IMG/VR virus record: IMGVR_UViG_3300042890_001190
Location: 1,951 to 65,950 of that record
DNA length: 64,000 bases
Source: a virus
Taxonomy: Duplodnaviria; Caudoviricetes
Direction: 5' to 3' (one strand)
Shown in pieces: positions 9,585 through 18,048 of this stretch (position 1 is the stretch's first letter; each line of letters starts with the position of its first letter). A program made the translations under genes and the position numbers. The notes beneath the pieces were generated by a model. The model worked only from the letters and a program-made list of their open reading frames with translations, had not been told where the DNA came from and did not search any database.

Positions 9585-9941
9585 ATGACACCATTAACCG
9601 CCGCCCAACAAACCCGCATTGTGAACAACGTCACAGCAGCATGCAGGGACATAACCAAGCTCAATAAAACAGGATACGACTTTCTTTATTTAGCTTCCGG
9701 GTTTATCGCCCACTACAACATCGACGGGTTTAAAGCCCACTACAGCGAACCCGGCAGCCTTCAGGCCGACATAGAAGCCAACGCACGCGCCAACCAATGG
9801 CACAACTTCCGCAAGGGTGAACGAGACGCGGATTATTACCACAGCAAGCGCGACACCTACAACGCCATCCTTGGCAGGTTTTGCGCCGCCCAGTATTTCC
9901 GCGACCACGTAATTTTCGTACGAGTTGGAGACCCAGCATGA
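9585..9941 (+). CDS. early hypothetical protein
   Basis: 118 aa, SD AAGGAG; YDFLYLASGFIAHYNIDGF motif. Confidence 0.75.
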   Translation: MTPLTAAQQTRIVNNVTAACRDITKLNKTGYDFLYLASGFIAHYNIDGFKAHYSEPGSLQADIEANARANQWHNFRKGERDADYYHSKRDTYNAILGRFCAAQYFRDHVIFVRVGDPA

Positions 9942-10135
9942 CCCGCCAGCCCTTCACCATGAACCCCGCTTTACCGCACCCCGACAGCGACAGCGACCCC
10001 GCACCAATGCCACTAGACGAAGCAATAGCCTTCGCCCTTCGCATGCTAAAGGACCCGACCGCCACCCAATGGCAGCGCCAAAAAGCCGCCGACGAACTGC
10101 AATATTCATTCGACACACAGGAGCCCACCGCATGA
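9938..10135 (+). CDS. early hypothetical protein
   Basis: ATGA-coupled on both sides, SD GGAG. Confidence 0.65.
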   Translation: MTRQPFTMNPALPHPDSDSDPAPMPLDEAIAFALRMLKDPTATQWQRQKAADELQYSFDTQEPTA

Positions 10136-10809
10136 AATACCATTTTATTCAGAGCAGCACCAACCGGAAAACCGGCCCGATACCACAGACCTACACCAGC
10201 CGCGAGAGCTGCCCGCCCTCATGCTCACATTACCGCAGCTCATGTTATGCGGAGGATTTTTACACCCGCCTGACATGGGACAAAGTACCAGCACGCGGCA
10301 CCGACTTGGAGGGTTTGATTAAAGCAATCAACAGATTACCCAAGGGTCAATTATGGCGCCACAATGTAGCCGGGGACTTGCCCGGAGACGGGGAAACAAT
10401 CGACGCCTACGCACTGGGGCAGATAGTCAAAGCCAACAGAGGCCGCGCCGGGTTTACCTACACCCACAAGCACAGCCCGGACGCTATCACATGGGCAGGC
10501 CACGCGACCCGCTGGGGCTTTACCGTGAACTTAAGCGCCGACGATGTAGCGCAGGCCGACCAGCTCGCCGCCCATGGTCTCCCCGTGGTTGTTGTTGTCC
10601 CCATGGACACACCAAAGCACAGCCAGACGCCCGAAGGCCGCGCCGTTTTAGTTTGCCCCGCTCAAACAACCGATTACATGACTTGCGCGTTATGCGCACT
10701 ATGCCAACGGGCAGACCGCCGCCAGATCATAGGCTTTAGAGCACACGGCACCAAAGCAAAGCAGGCCGACCGTATCGCACGCCGGGTTATCCCAATCGCT
10801 GCAATCTGA
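10132..10809 (+). CDS. Cys-rich protein, possibly Fe-S/radical-SAM-like (Gp88-like)
   Basis: SNRKTG-like N-terminus, CPPSCSHYRSSCYA, RHNVAGDL, FTYTH, VNLSAD, CPAQ..TCALCALC. Confidence 0.7.
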   Translation: MKYHFIQSSTNRKTGPIPQTYTSRESCPPSCSHYRSSCYAEDFYTRLTWDKVPARGTDLEGLIKAINRLPKGQLWRHNVAGDLPGDGETIDAYALGQIVKANRGRAGFTYTHKHSPDAITWAGHATRWGFTVNLSADDVAQADQLAAHGLPVVVVVPMDTPKHSQTPEGRAVLVCPAQTTDYMTCALCALCQRADRRQIIGFRAHGTKAKQADRIARRVIPIAAI

Positions 10810-10876
10810 CAGCGCCAGCGCCAGCCCTTCGCAGAGGGTTGTCGCGGGGATTGTCCCGACCACAAGAGAAACCAAC

Positions 10877-11074
10877 ATGAACCCAGAAAACCCCGATGAA
10901 TTGAAATGCACCAACGCCGAACCGGGCACCTACAGCCACGAGTGCGGTAAGCCCGCCCAATGGACGGCAGCCAAACCCAACGGATACACCAGCGCATTTT
11001 GTACCCGATGCAAGCACGAAGGCACCGAGGCCCGCGCCTATACCAATTGGACGGCATACGGAGACACCCAATGA
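10877..11074 (+). CDS. small Zn-binding hypothetical protein
   Basis: 65 aa, C..HEC..CxxC. Confidence 0.6.
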   Translation: MNPENPDELKCTNAEPGTYSHECGKPAQWTAAKPNGYTSAFCTRCKHEGTEARAYTNWTAYGDTQ

Positions 11075-11253
11075 AAAACCCCGAAGCCCAATACATCAAC
11101 GCGGGCGCACGCTATGAACACGCCCGGACCCCCGGACAGGTAGCCGCAGCCAGCCAGATAATCCGCACCCTACTGGAGGCCGAAAAGCCGAACGACCAGA
11201 CCGAAGGCCGCAGGCTAATCGAGCAAGGCAGGCAAGAGGCCCGGAGAGCATGA
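11071..11253 (+). CDS. early hypothetical protein
   Basis: ATG 11071 with GGAG SD, ATGA overlaps. Confidence 0.65.
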   Translation: MKNPEAQYINAGARYEHARTPGQVAAASQIIRTLLEAEKPNDQTEGRRLIEQGRQEARRA

Positions 11254-11378
11254 CGCCCCAGCCATGGCCGTTTCCACCGCCCGGAGGCCCGACACCATGG
11301 ACCCCGGAGCAGGTGCGCGACTACCAGCGCCAGCAGGAGGAGCGAGCCCGACAGGACGCGCCGCCGGCCCCGTGGTGA
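11250..11378 (+). CDS. 42-aa Pro/Trp-rich peptide (MTPQPWPFPPPGGPTPWTPEQ...APPAPW)
   Basis: not in ORF track; ATGA overlap with upstream stop, SD GGAG; translated by hand. Confidence 0.6.
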   Translation: MTPQPWPFPPPGGPTPWTPEQVRDYQRQQEERARQDAPPAPW

Positions 11379-11449
11379 CCCCCGGCGGGGTTAATTGCGA
11401 GAGAGCTGCCTGCCGCGAACCCCCCGCCCATTTTTTGATTGCGAGACAA

Positions 11450-11629
11450 ATGCCAAACCAAAACCACCCACTGACACGCGCCTACATGCTGGGCGCACGA
11501 GCCACCAGCCACGCATCCATGAGTGAGGCTATGCGCCTTATCCATGCTTGCGAGAGAGCTGCCGACCGACTAACCATTGACCAGTGCAAACTGGCCGCTG
11601 AAATACTTATTGAGAGGAAGATGCCGTGA
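11450..11629 (+). CDS. hypothetical protein
   Basis: ATG 11450; GTGA overlap with next gene. Confidence 0.55.
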   Translation: MPNQNHPLTRAYMLGARATSHASMSEAMRLIHACERAADRLTIDQCKLAAEILIERKMP

Positions 11630-11814
11630 AAACCTACCGTTTGACCATCGAAAGAACCGTGCGCTTTCAGCTTGATCTCGAGGCAGATGACCGCCTTGAC
11701 GCCCTCAGAAAAGTCACTGAAATGGCATTGGACTATGATGATCGAGACCTAAAGGAAACCCGTGTCATCTCTGTCCAAGAACCCACAATCCCTGTTCAGC
11801 ATCCATTTGATTGA
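11626..11814 (+). CDS. hypothetical protein
   Basis: 62 aa, GTG start with GAGG SD; MKTYRLTI..LEADD..DA pattern. Confidence 0.65.
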   Translation: MKTYRLTIERTVRFQLDLEADDRLDALRKVTEMALDYDDRDLKETRVISVQEPTIPVQHPFD

Positions 11815-11977
11815 GGGACCTGATGGCCGTGTGTCTGCCCTAGCGGAGTGGGTGGGCCACGGTCCAAACGTGCTCGACATTGGTTTCGAGATCATGCAGA
11901 AGTTGGAGCTGGCAGCCCGAGCGCACCCCGAGCGCCTAGTTGTCCAGCCCCTGACGCATTGCGTCAACTACCAGTAA
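11762..11977 (+). CDS. hypothetical protein
   Basis: 71 aa, GTG start with AAGGA SD; last gene before terminator. Confidence 0.5.
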   Translation: MSSLSKNPQSLFSIHLIEGPDGRVSALAEWVGHGPNVLDIGFEIMQKLELAARAHPERLVVQPLTHCVNYQ

Positions 11978-11990
11978 TTGCGAGAGAGGT

Positions 11991-12015
11991 GGCCCGTCTT
12001 GTGCGGGCTTTTTTT
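11991..12015 (+). terminator. rho-independent terminator of the early cluster
   Basis: GCCCG-N7-CGGGC followed by a T run at a convergent junction. Confidence 0.7.
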
Positions 12016-12018
12016 CGT

Positions 12019-12837
12019 CTACCGAATCACCTTGCCGAGTGACTGCGAGAACTTAAACAGCCCGTCACGCTGGTGAACGTCATTGGCATCCATGCCCACC
12101 GCGTCTGGCATCCAATACGGCCAGCCGATCTCCTTGGCTGTGCGCTCGCCCGTGACTGAGGCATCGTTGTCAGCCACCACAAAACCACTGGGCAGGGTAG
12201 CTGCGACCTTCTTCATGTTGCCTGCGCTGAAGCACGTATACAGGGTATAGCGCCGCTTGAGTGCCTTCATTGCTGCACGTATCGACAGCGCTGTGGCGTA
12301 GCCCTCGCACAGAATGTTCGGCCCCTTGTTGTCGAAGCAGAAGTAAGCGCCAGACGTGCGCTGACCGAACAAGAACTTCTTCTCACCGTCCTCCCTGATG
12401 ATCTGGCAGCCGACAAGGTGATGGCCTACGCGCATAGGGATGACAAGCAGCAGGCCGTCATCAGTCTTCCACACGTTGGCTTGCTCTTCCTTGAAGCCTT
12501 TGCGCTCAAGGTACGGGTGAAAGCCGATCTGGCACTGGTTCAAGATGGACGCGGCCTTGCGAGCGGCCTCTTGCTGCTTCTCGCGAATGTCACGCGCAGC
12601 AGCCTCGACAGCCTTGCGTGCCTTGTTGGGGTCGATCACAGCGTCACTGTCCGAATGCCAGACGCTGATCTCCGTCTCGGTGGCGTGGTTTTGCACGTAA
12701 GCATGGTCACCCATGAACTTCACAGCGCCGTTGCGGTGGTGACGCTTGTCCTCTGTGGGGTAGCGCTTCCACACGCCGATGGGCGGCTCACGGTCGATGA
12801 TCACGCCATGCAGGCGGCAGAAGTCAAGGAAGTGCAT
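12019..12837 (-). CDS. TOPRIM-domain primase (TraC/P4-like)
   Basis: HPYLERKG, LVIPMR, LCEGYATALSI, VVADND, MDANDVH. Confidence 0.85.
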   Translation of the reverse strand: MHFLDFCRLHGVIIDREPPIGVWKRYPTEDKRHHRNGAVKFMGDHAYVQNHATETEISVWHSDSDAVIDPNKARKAVEAAARDIREKQQEAARKAASILNQCQIGFHPYLERKGFKEEQANVWKTDDGLLLVIPMRVGHHLVGCQIIREDGEKKFLFGQRTSGAYFCFDNKGPNILCEGYATALSIRAAMKALKRRYTLYTCFSAGNMKKVAATLPSGFVVADNDASVTGERTAKEIGWPYWMPDAVGMDANDVHQRDGLFKFSQSLGKVIR

Positions 12838-12864
12838 CTGGTGTCCTCCACTTGCAGTTGTGGC

Positions 12865-13404
12865 TCATGCCTGCTCCTTTGCTTTATCGGTGTCTTGGCT
12901 TTTCAGTTGCTGCTCAACCCAGTCGCGCATGATTTTCCATCGGCGATAGGGCGCTCTGTCGTCATGTATGCATATGGTTTTCTGGTGTCTACCGTAATCA
13001 GGATATCCGCGCCGCATCGGGCCGCAAATTTCCACTTCCACGTACTTGTAGTCAACACCACCATTCCACTCGTCGTTCAGCCACATGATCTCTTGCACAA
13101 GCGGGGCAGCCACGCCAAAGCGCTCGGCCACCAGTTTCTCGTCACATCCACTGTCTTCATTCCCGAGATCATCCATCTTGGTGCCACGCGCCGCGCCCAG
13201 AACGCCGAGAGTGCAATACTCCCCGCTTTCCGTTGCGAAGCTGTTGGGGTAAAGCCTCTTGTCTGGCATGGCATCCAATGCGCCAAGCAGCTCACGCAAC
13301 ATGGCCTGACCCCGCTTGCCGCGAATGGAGCTGGCAACCCTGCCTCGCCACATGATATGACCCCAGTTGTCATCAATCTCGTCCGAGTATCCGCTGCGGC
13401 TCAT
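12865..13404 (-). CDS. conserved phage hypothetical protein
   Basis: 179 aa MSRSGYSD..WRGRVASSIRGKRGQAML; ATGA-coupled. Confidence 0.7.
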   Translation of the reverse strand: MSRSGYSDEIDDNWGHIMWRGRVASSIRGKRGQAMLRELLGALDAMPDKRLYPNSFATESGEYCTLGVLGAARGTKMDDLGNEDSGCDEKLVAERFGVAAPLVQEIMWLNDEWNGGVDYKYVEVEICGPMRRGYPDYGRHQKTICIHDDRAPYRRWKIMRDWVEQQLKSQDTDKAKEQA

Positions 13405-13658
13405 GACGCCTCCTTTGCTCTGGTGATGGCGGCATCAATCAACTCCATGTAGAAACTATCAAACACCTCATGCCCACTCAAAACGTGCAAGTGACAGGTA
13501 TCAAGACGCTTTTTTATTTGCTGCAAAGCATCCAAAAGCTTGTCAGCGCCATTGCTCCATGCGATCTTGCACATGCGCTTGCAGTGCTCCTCGCCATCCT
13601 CACCGGGCAGGGGTGGGGTGCTGCCCTCAAGATGCCACCATGTTTCAAAGTCGTTCAT
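13401..13658 (-). CDS. hypothetical protein
   Basis: 85 aa, overlaps both neighbours. Confidence 0.6.
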   Translation of the reverse strand: MNDFETWWHLEGSTPPLPGEDGEEHCKRMCKIAWSNGADKLLDALQQIKKRLDTCHLHVLSGHEVFDSFYMELIDAAITRAKEAS

Positions 13659-14397
13659 TTCTTGCCTTCAATTGTTTTGTTGCAGATATTTTTGCTTTGG
13701 TTTCTTCCGAGCAGGGAACGCCCTTGTTGTGAGGAACGTAACCAGCCCTTGCAATACTCATCTTCTTTTTTGTGGCATCGGAATGTCTGTTGTTGCCGTT
13801 TTTAACTCGCGTCTCCCACGCCTGCTCATAGTGAGGCAAAACATCCCGCCACTCGTCCGATGCCAGCTTAAATCTGACGCCCAACTTGCCTTGTCTTTGG
13901 CTTTCAACCAAGAACTTGATGCCGGATGGTCTGATCCCAAACTCCTTGGCGGCAGCGGAAAAGCTTTCGTACCTTTTCCCGTTGCTGCAATCAACCTGAA
14001 CCCTTCTTGGCGCGACAACGCGGGTTGCAATTTCGCTTCTGCTTTTCTTCCATGATGCAGACTGGTGTACAGCGTTAAGCTTCTCTCTGGTTTCCGGGTT
14101 GCACCACACGTTGCCAACGTAATTGGTGGTGTTGAGCGATGCCTTCATTTCGCTTATGTACTTTTGCTCCAACTTCTCAAGCAAATCAATTGAGCACTCG
14201 CAAATAATTTCAAATCGAAGCTCTCCAGCGTGCTTGTTCCACGCCGCCTGAAGTCTTGCGGAGTGGTGCGAGCCACGTCGAAGGTTGCGCCTATGCTCGG
14301 ACCACCTTCTGTAAATGTTGTTGCTGCTCCCGATGTACTTATTGCCTCTCGGGGTTGAGATCAAATAAATTCCACTAATGACTTTTTTGTACGGCAT
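13645..14397 (-). CDS. GIY-YIG homing endonuclease with NUMOD3-like repeats
   Basis: SGIYLI..KYIGSS.NI.RRW.EH; C-terminal HSDATKKKMS and SEETKAKIS. Confidence 0.88.
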   Translation of the reverse strand: MPYKKVISGIYLISTPRGNKYIGSSNNIYRRWSEHRRNLRRGSHHSARLQAAWNKHAGELRFEIICECSIDLLEKLEQKYISEMKASLNTTNYVGNVWCNPETREKLNAVHQSASWKKSRSEIATRVVAPRRVQVDCSNGKRYESFSAAAKEFGIRPSGIKFLVESQRQGKLGVRFKLASDEWRDVLPHYEQAWETRVKNGNNRHSDATKKKMSIARAGYVPHNKGVPCSEETKAKISATKQLKARNERL

Positions 14398-14399
14398 GG

Positions 14400-15872
14400 C
14401 TACTTCTTTCCTTGTCCCTTCAAGTACCTAATGAGGGCGGCTTTTATGGCCTTCTCAAAGGCAATGTCGGGAGTTTTTACAGAATCGACCAAACCTTTTG
14501 GCCATACACCGAATTTATCACGGTAAGTGGCAAGCGCTCGGGAGTTTGACCAGCCCCCGTACTTTATTTTGTACTGGCACATTGACCACCAGTCTTGCTT
14601 GCTTTCCCGAGAGGCCGCTGCTTTGAGCTCCTCCATTTCTCCCGGCACAGACTCGACCATGCTGCGCTTCTCGCGGGTGTAGCCGCAGTGGATGCAGGTG
14701 TCCGAGCCGCCAGCCCACAGGTGACCGCACTTGGGGCACTTGGCCGCTTCCTTTTCCTTGTCGGTCTTTTCCTTCTTGGCCTTCTCGCGAGCGTCATCCA
14801 GCTCGTGCACACCGTTGCTGTAAATCTCTTCCCAGTCCTCTTGAAAACGGATGTAATTCCCGCTGTGGCACAACCACACCGCGAACTCTTTGTCCGGGTA
14901 GCCGCGCATCACGCGCCCCATCTGCTGAACGTGAGAGGACAGCGACTTGCTGAATGGCCGAGCGCTCACGCCGATCATCACGTCAGGCACGTCAAAGCCT
15001 TTGGTCAAGATGTCCGTGGCAATCAGGCCATGAATCTCTGTGTCGGGCTTGCTGAAGTCTTCGATGACATCGCGCTTGAATTCATCATCGTCTTTGTAGG
15101 AGATGCTGATGAAGTTATAGCCCTGCTCTGCGAACTTCTTTGATAGGTCAGCGCCGTGCTCCACGCCAGAGCAGAAGATGATGGTCTTGCGGGGGCGACC
15201 AAATATCTCGTGCGTCTTCTTGATCCACTCAGACACAATGTCGCCAGTGATCTGCATGCCGCGCTTCGTTGACTCCGCCTGACTCCACTCGCCGGCCACC
15301 TTCTTGGCACCAGTCATGTCGATCTCTTTGGCGACGAACACACGCAACGGGCACAGCACTTTCTGGTCCACCAACTCCTTGGTTGTGACCGTGCTGACAA
15401 CGCTCTCGTACACATTGCCCAAGCCCTTGGTGAAGGGTGATGCACTCAGGCCAATGACCTTGATGTCAGGGTTGTTCTTGATGAACTCGATGGTCTGCTT
15501 GCGCATGGCGTGCGCTTCGTCAACGATCATCAGCGTCAAGCCCGGAAAGGAGCCGCGCTTCTCGAGCGTCTGGGCTGAGCACACTTGGATGTTCTCGTAT
15601 GGCCTGTAACGCCAGTGGCCTGACTGCAGCACGCCGTGCTCGATCTTGTACTTCTCAAGGCGCTGGCTTGTCTGATCGCACAAGATGATGCGGTCCAAAA
15701 TCATGGCTGCACGATTCCCTTTCTTGTGGGTTGCATCCAGTAGCGCAATTGCCATCTCAGTCTTGCCAGCTCCCGTGGGCGCATACAGCATCTGTGCCTT
15801 ATATCCCGCAGCAAAGCCGCGCCTCAAACCATCCAGCGACCCGGACTGGTACTCTCGTAATTCCAAACTCAT
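14400..15872 (-). CDS. SF2 DEAH-box helicase with C-terminal Zn ribbon
   Basis: LREYQ, APTGAGKT, IVDEAH, GLSASP, QQMGRVMR, CPKC..CIHC; ATG 15872 with GGAG SD. Confidence 0.9.
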   Translation of the reverse strand: MSLELREYQSGSLDGLRRGFAAGYKAQMLYAPTGAGKTEMAIALLDATHKKGNRAAMILDRIILCDQTSQRLEKYKIEHGVLQSGHWRYRPYENIQVCSAQTLEKRGSFPGLTLMIVDEAHAMRKQTIEFIKNNPDIKVIGLSASPFTKGLGNVYESVVSTVTTKELVDQKVLCPLRVFVAKEIDMTGAKKVAGEWSQAESTKRGMQITGDIVSEWIKKTHEIFGRPRKTIIFCSGVEHGADLSKKFAEQGYNFISISYKDDDEFKRDVIEDFSKPDTEIHGLIATDILTKGFDVPDVMIGVSARPFSKSLSSHVQQMGRVMRGYPDKEFAVWLCHSGNYIRFQEDWEEIYSNGVHELDDAREKAKKEKTDKEKEAAKCPKCGHLWAGGSDTCIHCGYTREKRSMVESVPGEMEELKAAASRESKQDWWSMCQYKIKYGGWSNSRALATYRDKFGVWPKGLVDSVKTPDIAFEKAIKAALIRYLKGQGKK

Positions 15873-15886
15873 TTGTTTCTCCAACT

Positions 15887-15915
15887 GCCAGCACACATGC
15901 CCGCTGGCTTGGGCA
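15887..15915 (-). promoter_or_regulatory. predicted H-type RNA pseudoknot upstream of the helicase RBS
   Basis: minus strand TGCCC-AA-GCCAGC-GGGCA-TGTGT-GCTGGC: two interlocked perfect stems (5 and 6 bp). Confidence 0.6.
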
Positions 15916-15919
15916 ATGA

Positions 15920-16738
15920 TCACTCAGCCTTCTTGAGTTGACGTTGCAACATTTTGATTTGGGACTTCATTTGATTGTTCTCTGACTGGTACTGATCACG
16001 GCTTTGCTTGACCGCGTTCAGCTCAATCTTGGTGATGCGCAGCTCCTCACGCAGCTCGTCAATCAGGCTTGTAGCCGCTTGCTTTTCTTCTGGTGAGGCA
16101 TCCATGGCTACAACTGCCACACGGGCCTTCAGCTCTTCATTCTCGGCCAGCAACATGTCGATGGCTTCTTGGTTCTGATCATCCTGCGGTGGCGTGATCT
16201 CAGGACCTTTGAGTTCCGGCTCTTTCGGTGCGCGGCCCGCAGCCTTCTTCTTCTCCATCACCTTACCGCTTGGTGTTTTGTACTTCACCGTATCGCCCGT
16301 GTCTTTGCCAACGCCCTTGCGCAGCTCAGATACAAACGATGGGGACACATGGCAGTGCTTGGCGATCTGGCCGTTAGCCATGCCCTCCCACTCAAAGTCA
16401 TCCAGCAGCGTCATCACTGCCTTGCGCTTGTCTGCATGGGTGCGGCGCATGCCGTGGTCGGTGTTCACGCCTGTCGAATGGAATACGGCGTCCCTCAGTG
16501 TGCCCTGAACCACGCTACACAGGATGGATACCTTCTCTGCACGCTTGTGGGCCAGCAGTCGGTGATAGCCGTCCGTCAGGTAGTAGTTGATGCCATCAAA
16601 ATAAACCAGCACAGGAGGAAAGTCAGCGCCAGCAGCAATTGCATCTGCATACTCCGATACCGTCTCCTCATTGATCTCTGTTCTCGACTGCAGGCGCTCG
16701 TCCATCACAAGAGCGCCGATGTTCATGACTTTGTTCAT
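15920..16738 (-). CDS. ParB/Srx-like N-terminal domain protein with HTH and coiled coil
   Basis: FPPVLVY..YYLTDGYHRLLA; ANGQIAKHCHVSPSFVSELR; start at ATG 16738. Confidence 0.8.
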   Translation of the reverse strand: MNKVMNIGALVMDERLQSRTEINEETVSEYADAIAAGADFPPVLVYFDGINYYLTDGYHRLLAHKRAEKVSILCSVVQGTLRDAVFHSTGVNTDHGMRRTHADKRKAVMTLLDDFEWEGMANGQIAKHCHVSPSFVSELRKGVGKDTGDTVKYKTPSGKVMEKKKAAGRAPKEPELKGPEITPPQDDQNQEAIDMLLAENEELKARVAVVAMDASPEEKQAATSLIDELREELRITKIELNAVKQSRDQYQSENNQMKSQIKMLQRQLKKAE

Positions 16739-16884
16739 TTGCTTTCCTTCATAGTCCACCCCAAAAGAAACCAACGCCAGTAGGTCTGGATGTTGATGTT
16801 GTCGTACTTCTCGCCATCCCAACCGGGGGCTCTTTTGCCCTTGGTTAAAAGGATCGCTTCAAACTGCTTTCGCGCTTCGTGCAT
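16735..16884 (-). CDS. 49-aa hypothetical protein (MHEARKQFEAIL...YWRWFLLGWTMKESK)
   Basis: not in ORF track; SD AGGAGG, ATGA overlap with parB-like start. Confidence 0.65.
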   Translation of the reverse strand: MHEARKQFEAILLTKGKRAPGWDGEKYDNINIQTYWRWFLLGWTMKESK

Positions 16885-16894
16885 GTTGCACCTC

Positions 16895-17353
16895 CTATAA
16901 AAAATTGATCTTTGATGACTTGCTGCGGATCATGTCCGTCACCCGCTTGATGTGCTTTTCGTACACGCTGCGAGCCACCGAGGTCCTCTGCAATTCGTGC
17001 CACTCAATGATTTCTTGAAAGCTCTGAAGGCCAAGTGCCGTAGAGCCCATCCTTCCGAGGCGCTTGAACCGCTCATGCGCGTCCAGCAGGTGCATCTCAG
17101 CGATCTTGCAATGCACCATGACCTCGGGTCCAATGTCCGCAGCAGCCATGCTCTCAGCTAGGCAAACCACTGCGTTGATGTTGTTCCAGTCTTGCTTGGT
17201 AGCAGAGCCATTCCTAAATGCCTCCATGCTGCCGTTCTCTTTCTTGCGCAGGATGTCTAGGCTCTCCTCGTCCGTAATGGATGCCCCCACCATGGCGTGC
17301 GTGATCGGATTGATGCCCGTGTCCCATATTTTTCGTCGTGTTTGTTTGCGCAT
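16895..17353 (-). CDS. conserved phage hypothetical protein (likely leaderless mRNA)
   Basis: MRKQTRRK..FRNGSATKQDW; -10 TATGAT ends 6 nt before ATG, no SD. Confidence 0.7.
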   Translation of the reverse strand: MRKQTRRKIWDTGINPITHAMVGASITDEESLDILRKKENGSMEAFRNGSATKQDWNNINAVVCLAESMAAADIGPEVMVHCKIAEMHLLDAHERFKRLGRMGSTALGLQSFQEIIEWHELQRTSVARSVYEKHIKRVTDMIRSKSSKINFL

Positions 17354-17359
17354 GGCCTG

Positions 17360-17388
17360 ATCATACACACTTCTGCATTTCTTTGCAA
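17360..17388 (-). promoter_or_regulatory. sigma70 promoter of the replication operon
   Basis: TTGCAA-17 nt-TATGAT. Confidence 0.7.
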
Positions 17389-17395
17389 TAAACTG

Positions 17396-17424
17396 TTGCA
17401 AATTATTTTAAACTGCACTAAACT
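17396..17424 (+). promoter_or_regulatory. sigma70 promoter of the mosaic ORF array
   Basis: TTGCAA-17 nt-TAAACT, back-to-back with the minus-strand promoter. Confidence 0.7.
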
Positions 17425-17431
17425 GTAGCCT

Positions 17432-17458
17432 CGGCAACCTATTCGTGGAGGTTGCCGC
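17432..17458. promoter_or_regulatory. palindromic motif GCAACC-N10-GGTTGC, copy 2 of 3
   Basis: cggcaacctattcgtggaggttgccgc at the predicted transcription start. Confidence 0.7.
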
Positions 17459-17473
17459 AACACAGGAGGGGGT

Positions 17474-17569
17474 ATGACCAACTGCAAACAGCATATGTGG
17501 GAGCCTGTTGAGGGCCAACCTTTGTACAAGTGCGCCCGATGCGGTGCTTTTCTGAGGATCATCAAATGA
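17474..17569 (+). CDS. 31-aa Zn-ribbon peptide (MTNCKQHMWEP..YKCARCG)
   Basis: not in ORF track; SD AGGAGG; ATGA overlap; paralog at 20467. Confidence 0.6.
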   Translation: MTNCKQHMWEPVEGQPLYKCARCGAFLRIIK

Positions 17570-18048
17570 CCCCAAAACAAGAAGAAGCGTTGCGAGATTA
17601 CTTGCGTGAAACTGTCGTGCCGTTAATCGAAGATGTGCTGACCAAGAAACTGGGGCAAGCCCTGACGTTTGCAAAAAAAGAACTGGCAGAGCAGCCAGCA
17701 CAGCAGGACAGTACGTGCAGCAACGCACTACGCGCTCAGGGCAAAGCATACCCCCGCACCTGCAAGAAATGTGGGCTTGGGCCTTGCATTGAGTTGGCAC
17801 AGCAAGCCCTCGACAAGAAGGCAGAGAACGCCAGAGAGTTGGGGCTGGACTATGAGCCAGTGCAAGACAGCGGCATTGTTACCGCTGGTGGCTTTGACCC
17901 GCGCACACAGCGCACATGGGTTGGGTTGACGGATGAGGAGAGGGACGCAATGATCGGCGTAACCGACTTATCTGGCACGTACTACTACGATGATCTGTAC
18001 GCAGTTATTTTGCTTGCCGAGGGCAAACTCAAGGAGAAGAACAAATGA
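17566..18048 (+). CDS. mosaic hypothetical protein ending WVGLTDEE..EGKLKEKNK
   Basis: ATGA-coupled; shares DNA modules with the next gene. Confidence 0.7.
   Translation: MTPKQEEALRDYLRETVVPLIEDVLTKKLGQALTFAKKELAEQPAQQDSTCSNALRAQGKAYPRTCKKCGLGPCIELAQQALDKKAENARELGLDYEPVQDSGIVTAGGFDPRTQRTWVGLTDEERDAMIGVTDLSGTYYYDDLYAVILLAEGKLKEKNK

Larger units (their letters stand above)
11392..11988 (+). repeat. dispersed TTGCGAGAGAG repeats
   Basis: copies at 11395, 11548, 11978, partial at 11439. Confidence 0.6.

Noticed and set aside
15915-15945. Programmed -1 frameshift fusing the ParB-like protein to the helicase
   Set aside because: No slippery heptamer, and the -1 frame has a TGA immediately before the GTG at 15923; the helicase has its own SD and ATG
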